From assembly GCF_006345805.1 (NCBI RefSeq), contig NC_042999.1:92442001-92506000 (forward strand): a stretch of DNA of 64,000 bases, read 5' to 3'. Source of the DNA: Octopus sinensis. Taxonomy: Eukaryota. A program made the translations under genes and the position numbers. This document shows positions 42,270 through 56,174 of the stretch, piece by piece. The notes under the pieces were generated by a model. The model did no database searches, was not told where the DNA came from, and saw only the letters and a list, made by a program, of their open reading frames with translations. How positions within the stretch are numbered: position 1 is the first letter of the stretch; every line of letters starts with the position of its first letter.

Positions 42270-43760
42270 TTTATGTAGACAAGAAGTATTTTTCATCCCT
42301 CAGGTTAAGTAAAGGAAACGTAGCCATTAAAATAAATAATTTCTCATTCAAACAAAGAAGGCACTTTTTATATCTTATATTGTAACTAGGTGCAGTCACC
42401 AAGATTTCCCATTCAGGATGAAAATTAATTGTTTCATCTATAAGTTCTCAAATGAATTTACTTAGACCCGTTGAATTCTGTCTTTCCCTATTCCGAAATG
42501 TATATAAATGTGTTGAATGATGCTTCTTCATTTCACTTTTAGTTGATCCAATATAAATATATGTATTACTAATTTTTGTGGTTACTTTACATTGATGTAC
42601 TACATTTTTCAACTTATATAAATTTATAACCATACAGTTATATATATTTTACAATCACATATTTTATAAGAACTATTATTTATATTAGCTGAGGAGGAGA
42701 CTTTACATGTTACTGATTTCCGACCGTTCTAATTAATATTATGTCTATTAATGGAATACCTAGTAGTATTACTACTATCTACTACACTGACCCTGGCATT
42801 AGGGGAGTTATTATTAACATATTTTCTATTTTAATAAAATGAATCTAATTTTTTTTATTATTTATAGAAGCTATAATAGTAGCTAAGTTATAAGTTAAAC
42901 TATATCCAATCTTTATTTTTTTGCTAATAATTTCATAATATTTATTTCTATTGAAATGGTTATTAATTAGCCTATAAATACATTTCACCAACTTAGCTTT
43001 TATTTCAATGGCATATAGGATTATAAGCCATATTATCTTATTAGTATCTACTTTACTATTACTGAAGCCCCTAAAATTATTTTTATTCATTAAGTAGATA
43101 TTATTTTAAATCTTATTCGGTTTCTCTATGTATCTAAGATTTTTAGTATTATCATTAGATTTTGTATTATTATCCCTTTTATCAAATTTACCCATGTTAT
43201 TATAATTTTTTCATCTTTACTATATTGTAATTTATTCTTATACCCTGCTTTACTTAAAGTCAAATCATATTCGTCTTTATGTCTATTAAATATATATTCA
43301 TTATAAGATAAATATGAAATTCTCTTACCAATATTATATATACTACTGCTTATTCTTTTGAAGGTAGGTGATCGCTTTGATGATTTATATATTTTAATTT
43401 ATAATTTGGTTTCATATATGGGTCATGTATTTTAGATGATAAATTGCAGTTCACATCTAAGTAACTTATTGGATTATACTATATCCTTTTTCTATAGATA
43501 GACCAAATCATTTTACAATTTAAATACTCATTTCTTTATGAGTTCTAGGCATCTTCTATCAGCTGTCTTCTTAACAATTTGCTTATTCTTGAAAAACATC
43601 GTTTTATTAATGAAGCGGCAACAGCTGTAATTTACGAGGTGTGTCATTTGTTTTATAAAATATTTAAATTGAATTGAATTTATAATTGTTCAATTTATTG
43701 TTTTGTTTTCCATTTCTTATTCATATTTATATATTAATAAACTGTATATTTATTTTTTAT
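42270..43760 (-). mobile_element. Decayed Penelope-like element (RT thumb, linker, GIY-YIG)
   Basis: YLDVNCNLSSKIHDPYMKPNYKIKYINHQSDHLP; IIWL...KIKIGYSLTYNL; NVVHQCKV...YIGSTKSEMKK...STGLSKFI. Confidence 0.85.
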
Positions 43761-43863
43761 TCACGTATTGGAATAACATTGTTATTGATATAGCTAATAT
43801 AAAGCAGTAAATTCTTTGAATATTTAATATCCCTTAGGTGAATTTCACAGCTAGCTAAATTAT

Positions 43864-43894
<31 letters not shown>

Positions 43895-43900
43895 ATATAT

Positions 43901-43931
<31 letters not shown>

Positions 43932-43954
43932 TTATAATATATATATGTATACAT

Positions 43955-44011
<57 letters not shown>

Positions 44012-44180
44012 ATATACATAACATACATACATACATATAGGTTTCTATATATAATATACGCACGCACGGACACACACACATGCACACACACGCGCATACA
44101 CATATATATATATATATAACTACACTTGGACGGTTGCTGATTTCCCCTCCCTCTTCCTGTTCTTTGGGCTTTCCTATGTT

Positions 44181-44225
44181 ACCTGTTTCCGAAGAAGAGC
44201 TTTACTCGAAACGTAAAACAATGGT
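44181..44225 (+). ncRNA. Minimal type I hammerhead (CCGAAGA core with extra A) in a ~210 bp repeat (44120-44330)
   Basis: acc-tgttt-CCGAAGA-a-gag(cttta)ctc-GAAAC-GTA-aaaca-at-ggt. Confidence 0.65.
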
Positions 44226-44354
44226 TCTTTTTTACCTTCTCTGAGCGTCTTCTTAATACTTTGGATGTACCACGTCCTCGCGCTGTTGTTTGTTTTCTCT
44301 TGTTGCCTTTCTTCCTCCATTTTTTAATTAAATATTAGAAATATATATATATTA

Positions 44355-44432
<78 letters not shown>

Positions 44433-44459
44433 TTTGGAAATGGATGCGTCGCGTTCAAT

Positions 44460-44510
<51 letters not shown>

Positions 44511-44519
44511 CATTATTGG

Positions 44520-45760
44520 TGAATTGAAGAAATGGAGCTGAACGCAGATTGAACAGAAATCGTTTTATTTCATTCTACACGTGTTTCGAAAGGCACAAAT
44601 TACCAAAATCCGATTGAATAATGGGACCATATTGTGTCTTTCTCTTCAGGAAGAAAAAAGGAAATCCGTTGGAAAAACAAAAACAGAACAGAGGCGGAGC
44701 AAAAAACAAATCGAACTGTGCTCCTAAGAGCCCATGGCGAAACTGTTTATCAGTGTATGTTGAGAACCGGTGGCTGAAGAATTCAACGGGTCAGGCATCG
44801 GTCAATCATGTGGGTGAGGGTGTATAGATGTTCTTTGTGACCGAGAATAAAGTTCTGACTATTTAAAGAATATTGGATGTTTTATAAGGGGCGAGAAAAA
44901 ATCTACTTAGAGACGTGTGTGTGTGTATACTGTTCTATATATGTGTGTGTTGGCGTAGGGGTAGAAAACATTTTTTGTGTACGTGTGTGCGTTTGATCGT
45001 TCGGCTGTCAGTGGCTACTGCCGTGATAACCGTTGGGTGGCAGAAAGAAAAAAATAAAAAAATTTATATATATATATTATGTTTTATGTGTGTGTGTGTG
45101 TGTTCATCTAAGCCTGCCTTGTCAAGGAAACCCCCCGCTGTGAAAAAACCAAGCCCCGTTTGTCTTACAGGAGTAATTTCCCTTGCAGTGGTTAATCGTA
45201 GATATCTTAAAGGCTATTTCAGAATTGTTACCAAGGGCTATGGGTGCCGGTATTATTTATAAACGCTATTTAAAGGCCAGATAAGTGTAACGCCGCCAAT
45301 GGGGGCATCGAAAAGCCGACTGTAAGAGCCCGTTTACCATCCGGCCTCTGGCAAACAAAATATGGAAGAGTTCGGAGACACAAAGGTTGCACTGTCTTCT
45401 GCCCCTATCAAATGGGAGGGCCACCGACAAAATTGACCATTCCAGCCTATAGCTTAAGTTCGCATCCTTCAGTCGCCATATTAGCTTACTGAGTCCCGTG
45501 GTCTGGCGCTTGTTCACGTCCCGAAAAGTTGCGTAATGGTTGGAGACACGCAAAGACAATCTTGAGGATGATGCCGCTACATAAGTGAAGGCATCTGAGT
45601 CCGTGTAAACCTTGCATTAGTAGACGGCGTTTTTGATCTTGGAGTTCGCCGACGTGAATCTTAATCTGCTAGGATTGGTTTCTGATAATTTCAATTATCC
45701 GCACCAACGCACGGTTGCAACGCCAGATGGTTGTACCTCCAACCGTGCTGTTTACTGCTG
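44520..45760 (-). mobile_element. Penelope-like element 3' end: GIY-YIG remnant plus terminus with HHR
   Basis: NAVY*CKVYTDSDAFTYVAASSSRLSLRVSNHYATF...TTGLSKLIWRLKD...LEWSIL...CNLCVSE; ORF ends at 45266; HHR ~600 nt downstream on the same strand. Confidence 0.85.
44561..44661 (-). ncRNA. Intact type I hammerhead ribozyme with extended stem II
   Basis: Minus ttttttcttc-CTGAAGA-gaaagacacaa...ttgtgcctttc-GAA-ACACGTGT-A-gaatgaaa; all core nucleotides present; predicted cut between 44576 and 44575. Confidence 0.8.
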
Positions 45761-45833
45761 TGATTTTTGCTACTAAGGTATCGGTTAAACTTTTGATTAA
45801 TCTACTACAAGATTATTCATCTTTCTATTTCAC

Positions 45834-45869
<36 letters not shown>

Positions 45870-45899
45870 CATCTCCAACGATACAAATAGCATGAAATA

Positions 45900-46320
45900 A
45901 CTAAACAACGAGTAAAAATGGAAAACAGGACAAGTTAAAACAGAGCAAGAGCCTTTCACCAGTTGTCTGCTGTCTATCTACTCCTCATTTCGAGCATCCA
46001 ACGACAATATAAGTCTTCAAAGAGAGTTACTCTCATAAATTCTAAAATAATACTTAGGATTTATGCAGGGCCAAAGTTGGGAACAAAATATAACAGTGGA
46101 GACATAAAGGAAACCGAAAAAAAGCGAACATGGAGTGTCGTTAGTCAAGAACAAGAGGAAAATAGTGAACGCTGGGAGAAACAGTTTTTTGAAACGAGAA
46201 AAGATTGGAGCGAGCGAAAAAATAACGTCCATTCATTTAAACGTCCGTGCAAGAAAAAAAGATGGTTATGTGGGGAAAAGAAAGATGGGCACGTGTGAGC
46301 CATGAGAGAGAAAGAGACAG
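45900..46320 (+). mobile_element. Unclassified interspersed repeat; inverted copy at 47700-48125
   Basis: Shared ctgtctatctactcctcatttcgagcat, gaggaaaatagtgaacgctggga, tttaaacg.ccgtgca.gaaaa. Confidence 0.75.
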
Positions 46321-46569
46321 GAGGAGAGAGTGAAGAAGGAGGTCCTTTCTCTGTTAACTTGTCCTGTTTTGCATTTTTCTCGTTGTTTACGTATTTCATG
46401 TTATTTGCACCGTTGTTTACGTTCTGTACCTATATATGCAGGTTATATATATATATATATATAATACATATACACATACATATATACATACACACACACA
46501 CACATATATATATATATATGTATATATATCTATATATATATATATATATATATATATAGATATATATAC

Positions 46570-46605
<36 letters not shown>

Positions 46606-46633
46606 ATGTATATATGTTGTATATGTATATATA

Positions 46634-47311
46634 CACATGCTTCTAGTGAGTTAGGATCCCAGAAAAACAGGGTCTCACTGAAGAATTCTCCCTGGGCAAA
46701 TAAATTATCTTTATTGCTGAAAAGAAAGAAACTGCAGTCTGAGAATTTACCGGTTTAGTAAATGTTTTTATCTTCATTTCACTTAATTTATCAAGCTTCT
46801 GTATTCCTAGCACATATTTCGCCTTAATGTACTGATATATGAAAAATATATGGCTTGTGTTAGTAATACCAGCGATTATAATTATTTTTATTTTATCGCA
46901 ATTTGATTTGTTTACATATTTCTCGATAAATTATGAGCGCCAGGCGATATACCAGAATTCCTAGTGTTGTCGGGACGTTCGGAGTCTGCGCAGTGATAGA
47001 TTAGTTAGGAAGAGTAAATCATTAGACGCACATGCTTCTAGTGATTAGGATCCCAGAAAAACAGGGTCTCACTGAAGAATTCTCCCTGTGCAAATAAATT
47101 ATCTTTATTGCTGAAAAGAAAGAAACTGCAGTCTGAGAATTTACCGGTTTAGTAAATGTTTTTATCTTCATTTCACTTAATTTATCAAGCTTCTGTATTC
47201 CTCAGCACATATTTCGCCTTAATGTACTGATATAGAAAAATATATGGCTTGTGTTAGTAATACCAGCGATTATAATTTTTTTATTTTATCGCATTTGATT
47301 GTTTAGATATT
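46634..47311. repeat. Direct duplication 46634-46920 / 47029-47311 (period 395 bp)
   Basis: Near-identical ~285 bp copies differing mostly by 1-bp indels. Confidence 0.95.
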
Positions 47312-47316
47312 GTATA

Positions 47317-47358
<42 letters not shown>

Positions 47359-47414
47359 TATATATATATATATATCTAGATATATATATACATATACACA
47401 TACATATATACATA

Positions 47415-47460
<46 letters not shown>

Positions 47461-47481
47461 ATATATATATGTATATATATA

Positions 47482-47528
<47 letters not shown>

Positions 47529-47699
47529 ATATATATAATTTATAATGTATTATTTAATTGATCGCGACGCAAATAAGTTTATTTCCAAGTAAGTTTATCT
47601 TCCCCTTTTTGATTCTACCCTCTATTCTGAACTGTTTTCTTCGTCCATTCTTCTCTAATTCCTTTTCCTCCTCTCTGTGCCGTTTTCTATCTGTCGCTC

Positions 47700-48125
47700 T
47701 TTCTCTTCTCTCTCTCGTTGCGCAAACGTGACTATCGTCCATCTTTCTTTTCATCACGTGACCATCTTTCTTTTCCTGCACGGGCGTTTAAACGATTGGA
47801 TGTTTTTTTCTCCCTCTCTTTTATCTTTTCTATTTTCAAAAAAAAAAAAGAAATTTTTTTTCCCAGCGTTCACTATTTTCCTCTCGTTCTGTTCGTTTTG
47901 TTCAATTTCCTTGACTGTCTCCACCGTCATTTATTTTTTCCCAAATTTGACCCTCCATAAATCCAAAATTTTAATTTAGAATTTATGGAAGAAACTGTCT
48001 TTGAAGCCTCATATTGCCGGTGAATGCTCGAAATGAGGAGTAGATAGACAGCCGACAAATTATGAAGGGTCCTTTCTCAGTGTTAACTCGTTCTGCTTTC
48101 CATTTTTTGTCGTTGTTTACGTATT
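47700..48125 (-). mobile_element. Inverted copy of the 45900-46320 repeat
   Basis: Reverse complement is colinear with 45900-46320. Confidence 0.75.
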
Positions 48126-48230
48126 TCATTCGTTTTCCACCTGTCTGTTAACTTATCTCTTGGTATTTGCACCGTTGGTGACGTCCAGCAACCAAATGTG
48201 CATGTATATATAATATATATATATATATAT

Positions 48231-48377
<147 letters not shown>

Positions 48378-49347
48378 AAGAATAAAAATGGCGTTTTAAT
48401 AAGATTAAAGCTAATAATAATATACCATTATTATCATTTACAGAAGTGTAAAGCTCGACACCGCTTAACAAAACCATTCGCACCGAAAGCATACAAAGTT
48501 TCTTTACAAAACAACTACGAACGAATATACTTCTTAAATTTGACAGAAAGAAGCAGGCTGGTGCGCTAGTGTAATCTGTAACATACTTAGTTGTGTTAAG
48601 AAAGTCATGCGGGATCGTGTTCCAAGCGTACAGGAAAACCTACTTTTTCTGTCGAGGGCTTATATCCCCCATTATTAGACTATTTTCCGTAGTTATTTGC
48701 ATGGTGAACGCCATAAGCTTGAAGCTTATAAAATACCATTTTTATTATTTGGAGAAATGTAAAACTCGACACCTTTTAACAATGCCATTCGCACTGAAAA
48801 CATATATATATAAATATATGTATATATATAATCTTCTGGCGAACCTTCCCACCTGTACTACATTCCACCCGCTCACTTTTGATGATGCAATTTTTCGTCT
48901 TTTCTTCACAGTCTTGGAGGCGCTGTAACGGGATCATCGACTCTGCCTGTCTCCTGACTAACAAAGAAAATGAAGGAAAGAAAATAAAAACTATTAAGGT
49001 AGCTATAAATCCGAGGCATTAACATTTCCCGACGATCTCTTCAGGCACTGGTACATTTGCAACTAAGTAAAGTGTACACCGGAAAGATTGTACTTCTTCA
49101 GAATCAATAAGTGCACACTCTTAACTGGCAAGGGTTACATGCAGGACGATTCTACTGCTACATACGGAGACATCTCGGATCACATCAAATTAAGGACAGC
49201 TGACTGACTTACATGAATCCGCACATCCAACAGCCCACCCCGACATCTGATCACAGATGTGCTTTATCTTTTCAATGATGCAACAGTGATCTGTTTTGGG
49301 GGTCACCTATGGCTGTGGAACCTCTAACTAGGCACACATACACACAT

Positions 49348-49415
<68 letters not shown>

Positions 49416-49429
49416 GGGACAAAGAATTT

Positions 49430-49680
49430 AGATCCTTTTCGACTCATATAGACTCATAGGGCCGGTTTCTTGGTTTCCCGGTTTCCATGGTGCATATATT
49501 ATCCCCCTGGACGGGACGGCGGTCCATTGTAGGATTATTTATTTTGCCTGTTAAATGGACTAGAACAATGTGAAATGAAGTATTTTGCTCAATAACAAAC
49601 GCGTCACTCCGTACAGGAATTGAAATTACAATCTTACGATCATAAGTCCAACACCCTGACCACTAAACCGCCTGCTCAAC
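49430..49680 (-). mobile_element. Decayed tRNA-derived SINE
   Basis: Reverse complement has gtggtcagggtgttggact...tttcaattcc head and gttattgagcaaaatacttcatttcac core-like box. Confidence 0.6.
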
Positions 49681-50115
49681 ATTACAACAAACGTTGACAT
49701 GCTATTGTTCAAACGGAAGACTAACTGTGAGGACAACGACTGCTACCACAAGCAGTACGAAGTTTATACGTACTGACCTTGCAATGGATGCAGCGAATAT
49801 AAAAATAATTATATGTACTTCCTCCATCCCATATTCTACTGCATAATCACCACGTTTTTCTGTTTTTTTTTTGTTTCCTTGGTGAAATAGTTCTTAGTCT
49901 TTTCCGCGATAATTTGATCTTTTATACTTCTAATGTTTTTCCTTTCCTTTCTTCCTGTAAAAATATGTTGTTAAATAAAAACTGTCCGTAAAGAAAAATG
50001 TTAAATGTATATGATGTACATGTGTTTTTGAGTGAGTTTTTATGTGCACATGTGTTTCCGTACATAACTTTTTCTATATTTATATATGAAATATTAAATA
50101 TATTCATAAAATACC

Positions 50116-50200
<85 letters not shown>

Positions 50201-50241
50201 ATATTTATGTACATGTATACATAAACATATATACACACACA

Positions 50242-50309
<68 letters not shown>

Positions 50310-50691
50310 TATATATAATTATATATATATATATGTGTATATATATATAATGTATGTATGTATGTAGGTATATATGTATGTATGTATGTATGTATACAAG
50401 CACACACATACCCACGCACACACATATTTCATAAGTATTGAAATAAATTTGAATATGAGAAAGCCATTAGCAGGGATTAAGATGTATATAATATAAGAAT
50501 AGAAAAGCATTTCTTGTATACTTAACATTTCTTATACACTTCTTCACCAGCTAATGGCTTTTTAATATTTAAATTTATTTCAGTATTCCTGATTCACGCT
50601 GTGTTGGGCATAAAATATCTATGAATCTAATGTGTGTGTATGTCTGTGCACTGGATTGTGCATCTATCTGTCTGTCTGTCTGTCTGTCTGC

Positions 50692-50797
<106 letters not shown>

Positions 50798-50989
50798 TGA
50801 GTAATGTCGCCGCTACTTGTTACTAGTTAAACATTTTAAAACTTCATGTTTACAACATTAATATGATGAAATGCATTGATGGCTAAAACAGGCGATCGCC
50901 AGAAAATAAAATCAGATCACATATATGCTAGTAACTGTACATACACTCACATATATATTCATATATATATGTATATGTATAACTGTCAC

Positions 50990-51260
50990 TCCATCAGTTA
51001 CGACGGCAAATATTGCAGTTGATCCGATCAATGGAATAGCCTGCTCGGCACTCCACAGACACGCGTATCCTTAACGTAGTTCTTAAGGATATTCCGCGTG
51101 ACAAAGAATGTGACAAGCTGACCCTTTGAAATATAGATGCTATTTCTTTTTGACAGGTGAGTGAACTGGAGCAACGTGAAATAAAGTATCTCGCACAAGG
51201 ACACAACACGCTGCCAGGAAACGAACTCATGGCCTTAAGATTGTGAACCGAAACATAGAT
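50990..51260 (-). mobile_element. SINE sharing the family B body
   Basis: gttgatccgatcaa.ggaa.agcctgctc, ctccacagacacg.gta.ccttaacgtagttct and tgacaag.ctgaccctttgaaata are shared with 16655-16840. Confidence 0.8.
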
Positions 51261-53642
51261 TTTAGTAGGAATTAAAGATAAACCACAAGGCACGCCATAA
51301 CCCATTAATTTGATTGCGGTTCTATGGAGCTCTAATCAGAGAATATTACCCATACCTCATCATGCGTGTAGCAATATTTCCATTTATCTCACCCAATAGT
51401 TGATACACCACCTGAATGCGCAAATGCTGAAACATAGATAAATCGACTATATCTCAACTTTCGTCATTTCAATAACCTTTCCACAGTTTGTCCATCATTT
51501 GTGCGCTCCGTGGTTCAGGAAACATTCGCATCTTGTAAGAGTCTGGCTCTATTTTCTGTTCGGTGAATTTATCTGCTTTTTATTGCTCGTTATCTTTTTC
51601 AAACCATATGTCCTCATTTAACCTGACTTACCTCATACGGAGTTGCTAATCCATCATGTTGATATAGCCAGTTTGAAAATGGCGAAATAAATTCAATATT
51701 CCAGCCAGGAAACCATAGGTAGCTGCATATCACGTTTCTTTTTCGTGTGGTTTTTAATAATGATATATCTATTAACTGTATTTCCTTTGGACACATGCTG
51801 GTGTAATGCCGCTTTCAGTGAATAGTAAAGAGAAAGCATTAAAACAAAAATTATTGGTATTATACAAATCTGGGAAACAATAGAAATCAGCACCGGAAGA
51901 AATGTTGAAAATATCGAGAAGTCTGTTATGATATTTTCCATGATATAAAAAGTACAGAAAGTATTTGATACACATACATACGTACATACATGCATACATA
52001 TATGTGTACGTAGGTACATGCATACAAGTATGTATGTACGTACGTACGTATGTATGTATGTATGTATGTATGTATGTATGTATGTATGTATGTATGTATG
52101 TATGTATGTATGTATGTATGTATGTATGTATCTCTCTCTTTCTCACTCACTCGCCCTCTCGCTTTCACTCACACACACGCTCTCTCTCTATATATATATG
52201 TCTATGTAAATGTGTATGCATATATATAGATGTATATATGTGTGTGTGTGTGTGTGTATGTATATATATGTATGTGCATGTGTATATATGTGTGCATGTA
52301 CATATATGTATATATAGCTGCGTATATAGATACTATATACGTTTGTATGAATATATCTATGTTTGCACGTGTGAGTATGCGCGCGGGTGTGTGTATGTGT
52401 GCGGTCGCACGCGTGCGCGTGTGAGTGAGCTCCATTGATACTTCTTGTTTCCTCCATTGAGATAGTGGTAAGGCATCTATATAGGTGCTAATTTATTTAT
52501 ATAAGAATTGATGTAAGTCTAATTGTACAACTAATTGGGTGTGAAATAGTATTCGCAGAGAAAATACAAAATGAAATTGGAAAAAAAGAAATAAAACGAA
52601 GCTTGTGTTCTACTGGATTTCATGTCATTCACATAGAGATAGTATGAAGGTTTTTAAGCTTGTACTTCAGCTTATTAAGGTAGAAAGAGAATAATTCAGT
52701 ACATCTGATCAATATTTTGGTTTGATGTTTCTCTCGATCAATAGCTTTTCCAGAGTGCAGAGTCTACAGAAATCATTTGATTGAGTATGAATTGATACTT
52801 TATCTAAGAGTTATCATTTAATGACATGGGAAATATTTTTTATTTTTCTTCAAATATATACGTGTTGATTTCTAGTTTTGTGTCCAATCGTCTTTGTAAT
52901 GTTGTAAATGTAGGGCTACGCCGATGAAATCGACAGTTAAATTGGTTCCCAGTTCTATGTATATAATCAACGCCATTTTGGTTAATTGGTTGCATATAAA
53001 TGTATTTGTATGCATGAATATATATGTACGTATATATACATATACATACACACACACACACGCACGCACACACATATACATATATGTAAATGTATATATA
53101 TATATATATATATATATACAGATAGATACATACATAGATAGAGATATAGATATAAATAAAATTTATGTAGACAGTGTGTATTGATTAGGTATATAATTTG
53201 AGAGACACAATTGGAAGAATCACCAACTAAGCACCAGGAATAATTCTGCAGCCTGGTTTGATTGATCCCGTAAACCTCATGTAGGAAGACTCATTGATGG
53301 TGCATTTAAAATAAAAATAATATATATAAGAAAACCCTAGGTTAGCATTTTGGACAACAGTGCATCAGTTATAAGCCGCTTTACGCGCATCACTGGTTAA
53401 CACGTATACATACATAATTTGATAACGTTTGCTACTGCCCTTCTATTTGAACTAAAAACCAATTATTACTAAGAGCCATATATTTTGCAAAATTATTTAG
53501 TACTATCACTGATAATGATGTACAAATAGTAATAAATATCAAGAGGCCGATCCTTTTCTTTAATAAAACACGAATGGAAAAGAATATCGCTATTTGGTCT
53601 AATCAAGCGTGCCAAAAATTTACTGGAAAGTTAAAATATATA

Positions 53643-54487
53643 CAGAGTGCAGTTCAAAAGTTTTTATCAGTGGATACAGTTATTAGTTACAAAAGTACAA
53701 AACTCTGATCTCTTTCATGAAGGCTCCATGGAATTCTTCCAAAATAAAGGTGTCCTTGTCAGAGCTCTTTTCATCTTCTCAATGTCTTCAAAACGACTGC
53801 TCCTGGAATTCTCTTTCAGCTTCGAAAGCAACCAAAAGTCACGAGGAACAAGGTCTGTAGGGAGGGTGAAGAACAGTTTTGATGCCTATCTCTGTCTAGT
53901 TGGTGGTTACCTGGATGTTTGTCACAGAGTACGTTTGGAACAAACTTTGAAGAAATCTTACGTATGTTTAGATCTTCATGAATAATTCTGTGTATCGTTA
54001 CCACACCAACTCCAAACTGTATGCTTTTGTCTTTATAGACACACAATGGTCTTCATCCAGAAAATTGTAAATGATCGCAACCAGTTTTGATATTCTGACA
54101 TCCCTCTCTCTTCCATACCCCTCATCGTCTCTCACCTACTTTCTTTCGAACTTGAATCTCTTGCATCAACAAAAGCGTTAAGTTATAAAGAGTCAAGAAC
54201 ATTTCCCAATGTAGCATTTTGCTCTCAGTTTAACACAAAACTTTTAATTGCACAGTGAGCTCCTAAACGCACCGACTGCATCGCGCAATCTAGTCAGCTG
54301 TGACAAGCAGTGTATAGTAGGGTGTGTTCAAAGTGTTCTTACAACCGTTTCGTTCAGTCTGGAATAACGAAGTTGGCAGATCAGTTTATTAGAAGTATAG
54401 TAATGATACACTAAAATTACAATAAGTTAAGACAGTTATAACTGTCTCTCTTTAAAACGTCTCAAAATTTCTGGAACGCACCTCCTA
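53643..54487 (-). mobile_element. Internally deleted mariner transposon
   Basis: SIQFGVGVVTIHRIIHEDLNIRKISSKFVPNVL (HTH region); DLVPRDFWLLSKLKENSRSSRFEDIE (decayed YSPDLAPxDF); loosely matching TA-flanked ends. Confidence 0.8.
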
Positions 54488-54729
54488 TATCGTGAATTGC
54501 TTTTTTGTCAACGAACGAATTTCTAAAAAACGCTCTCCCCAAAAAATTAAACGGCAGCATGAAAGTAAGATCAGGAATGAGATCCAACCAAATTATTCCT
54601 CTTCCTAAACCCAAATATTAATTATCAACTTGACTACAGTAAATTTTTTACATGTCACATGTAATCTTATTAACGAAAGATCTATCCATATATTAAAAAA
54701 CATGTTTCAATATCATATACTGATCAGAA

Positions 54730-54950
54730 GAAGGCGGCGAGTTGGCAGAATCATTAATACACCGGACAAAATGCATAGCGGCATTTTTCTGGCTTTGTAT
54801 TCTGATTTCAAATTCCACCGAGATCGACTTTCCTTTCCATCCTTTCGGGCGGGGTCATAAAATAAGTAATAGTTGTGCATTGGCGTCGATGTAGTAGACT
54901 AGCTCCCAAAATTCAGGCCTTGCACCTATAGTAGAAGTAATTATATATAA
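54730..54950 (+). mobile_element. Near full-length tRNA-derived SINE (family C)
   Basis: A box tggcagaatcattaa, B box gatttcaaattcc, tail caaaattcaggccttgcacctatagtagaag. Confidence 0.85.
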
Positions 54951-56131
54951 ACTACAATTCGAACAGCGCACGGTATTCTTATAAAATATCCCTAGTAGCC
55001 TGACTAAGCGAATTTCAAAAACCTCTTCTGTTGAAGTATGATTCAATACAATCATTAATGTTGATGCTTCAAAGAAATCGTAAAACATTAAGTATACATA
55101 CAAACTAGTAGTAGAACATGAAATAAAGATCACGTGGTATAATACACCATTTTTGAGAGACAAAGCCACTCTATGTCTAGTAAGAATTCATTTTCCCCGG
55201 ACAGGAAAATCTTTAATACAAATTCGCATATAAATAGGCTACTCAACAATAACGAAGTTTGCCAGTATTGTGACATACATGAATAATAAAAAATAATGAA
55301 AATTTTAAATCACCAGAATACAACCAATGGAACACAGATTTGTAATTGTCACGCTTAAAGTGTATATCCAGTGAACGGAAACTGTCTGGAGTAACCCAGA
55401 CAGTTTACAATAAGCAAAACGGCATTGATTGTATAGACATGGCTGCGAACCAATTTTAGATCTGGGTTGATCAACAGAGTCATATATCTACAGCATTACA
55501 AATAAGAGAGAACACAAATCTAGCTGCACAAATATGATTTTTGAAGAATAAAAATGTATTCTGTTTCATTGAATTGCAACTTTTAGGTGAAACGCCGACA
55601 TATACGCAATCAAAGACTTTTTGTAGGCTTTGTAACTGGAAATTTTTTAAACTTTGAAATAACAAATGAAAATATTGAATTAATCTCTGTAGGCCGTCAT
55701 ATGCAAAGATACTTAAGTGGTGCCCAGAATTCCAATAGAACACATACTTCTTCTTCCTTTTCATTTTTGCTTTTATATTTTTTACGTTTTTATTTGTTAT
55801 TTTCTGTGAATTTCCCGTCTGGTTACTAATAAAGTTAAAGCTACCACATTTCTTAAATTAATTAGAACTTCCCCAGGAACATTAACGCTATTCCAATAGA
55901 GAGAAGATGAAATCCAATCAAACACGTATTTTGCTTTCTTTTTGTACTTTCTATTCTATCTTTACTTAAGATACTACAGTATACACTAGAGCAGTAAAGT
56001 TAACAGGATCCCCTCCCTCTCTTTAATAAGCATGTGCGCGTGCACAATCACATTCACACAAGTAGACACATGTACACACTCATACGCACACATATATGTG
56101 TGTGTAGAAGCAGACGCATCTACACACTCCT

Positions 56132-56174
<43 letters not shown>

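Noticed and set aside
42686-42735. CTGAGGA-gga...tcc-GACCGT hammerhead-like string
   Set aside because: GAAA is absent and the stretch is antisense to the in-frame PLE linker, so it is probably chance.
47995-48052. ttgaag...gctcGAAA...TA motif in the 45.9/47.7 kb repeat
   Set aside because: Stem I register is incompatible with an NUH site and the core is damaged in both copies.
49214-49310. Possible minus-strand exon (VTPKTDHCCIIEKIKHICDQMSGWAVGCADS then gtaagt)
   Set aside because: No polypyrimidine tract, no recognisable domain and no partner exons.
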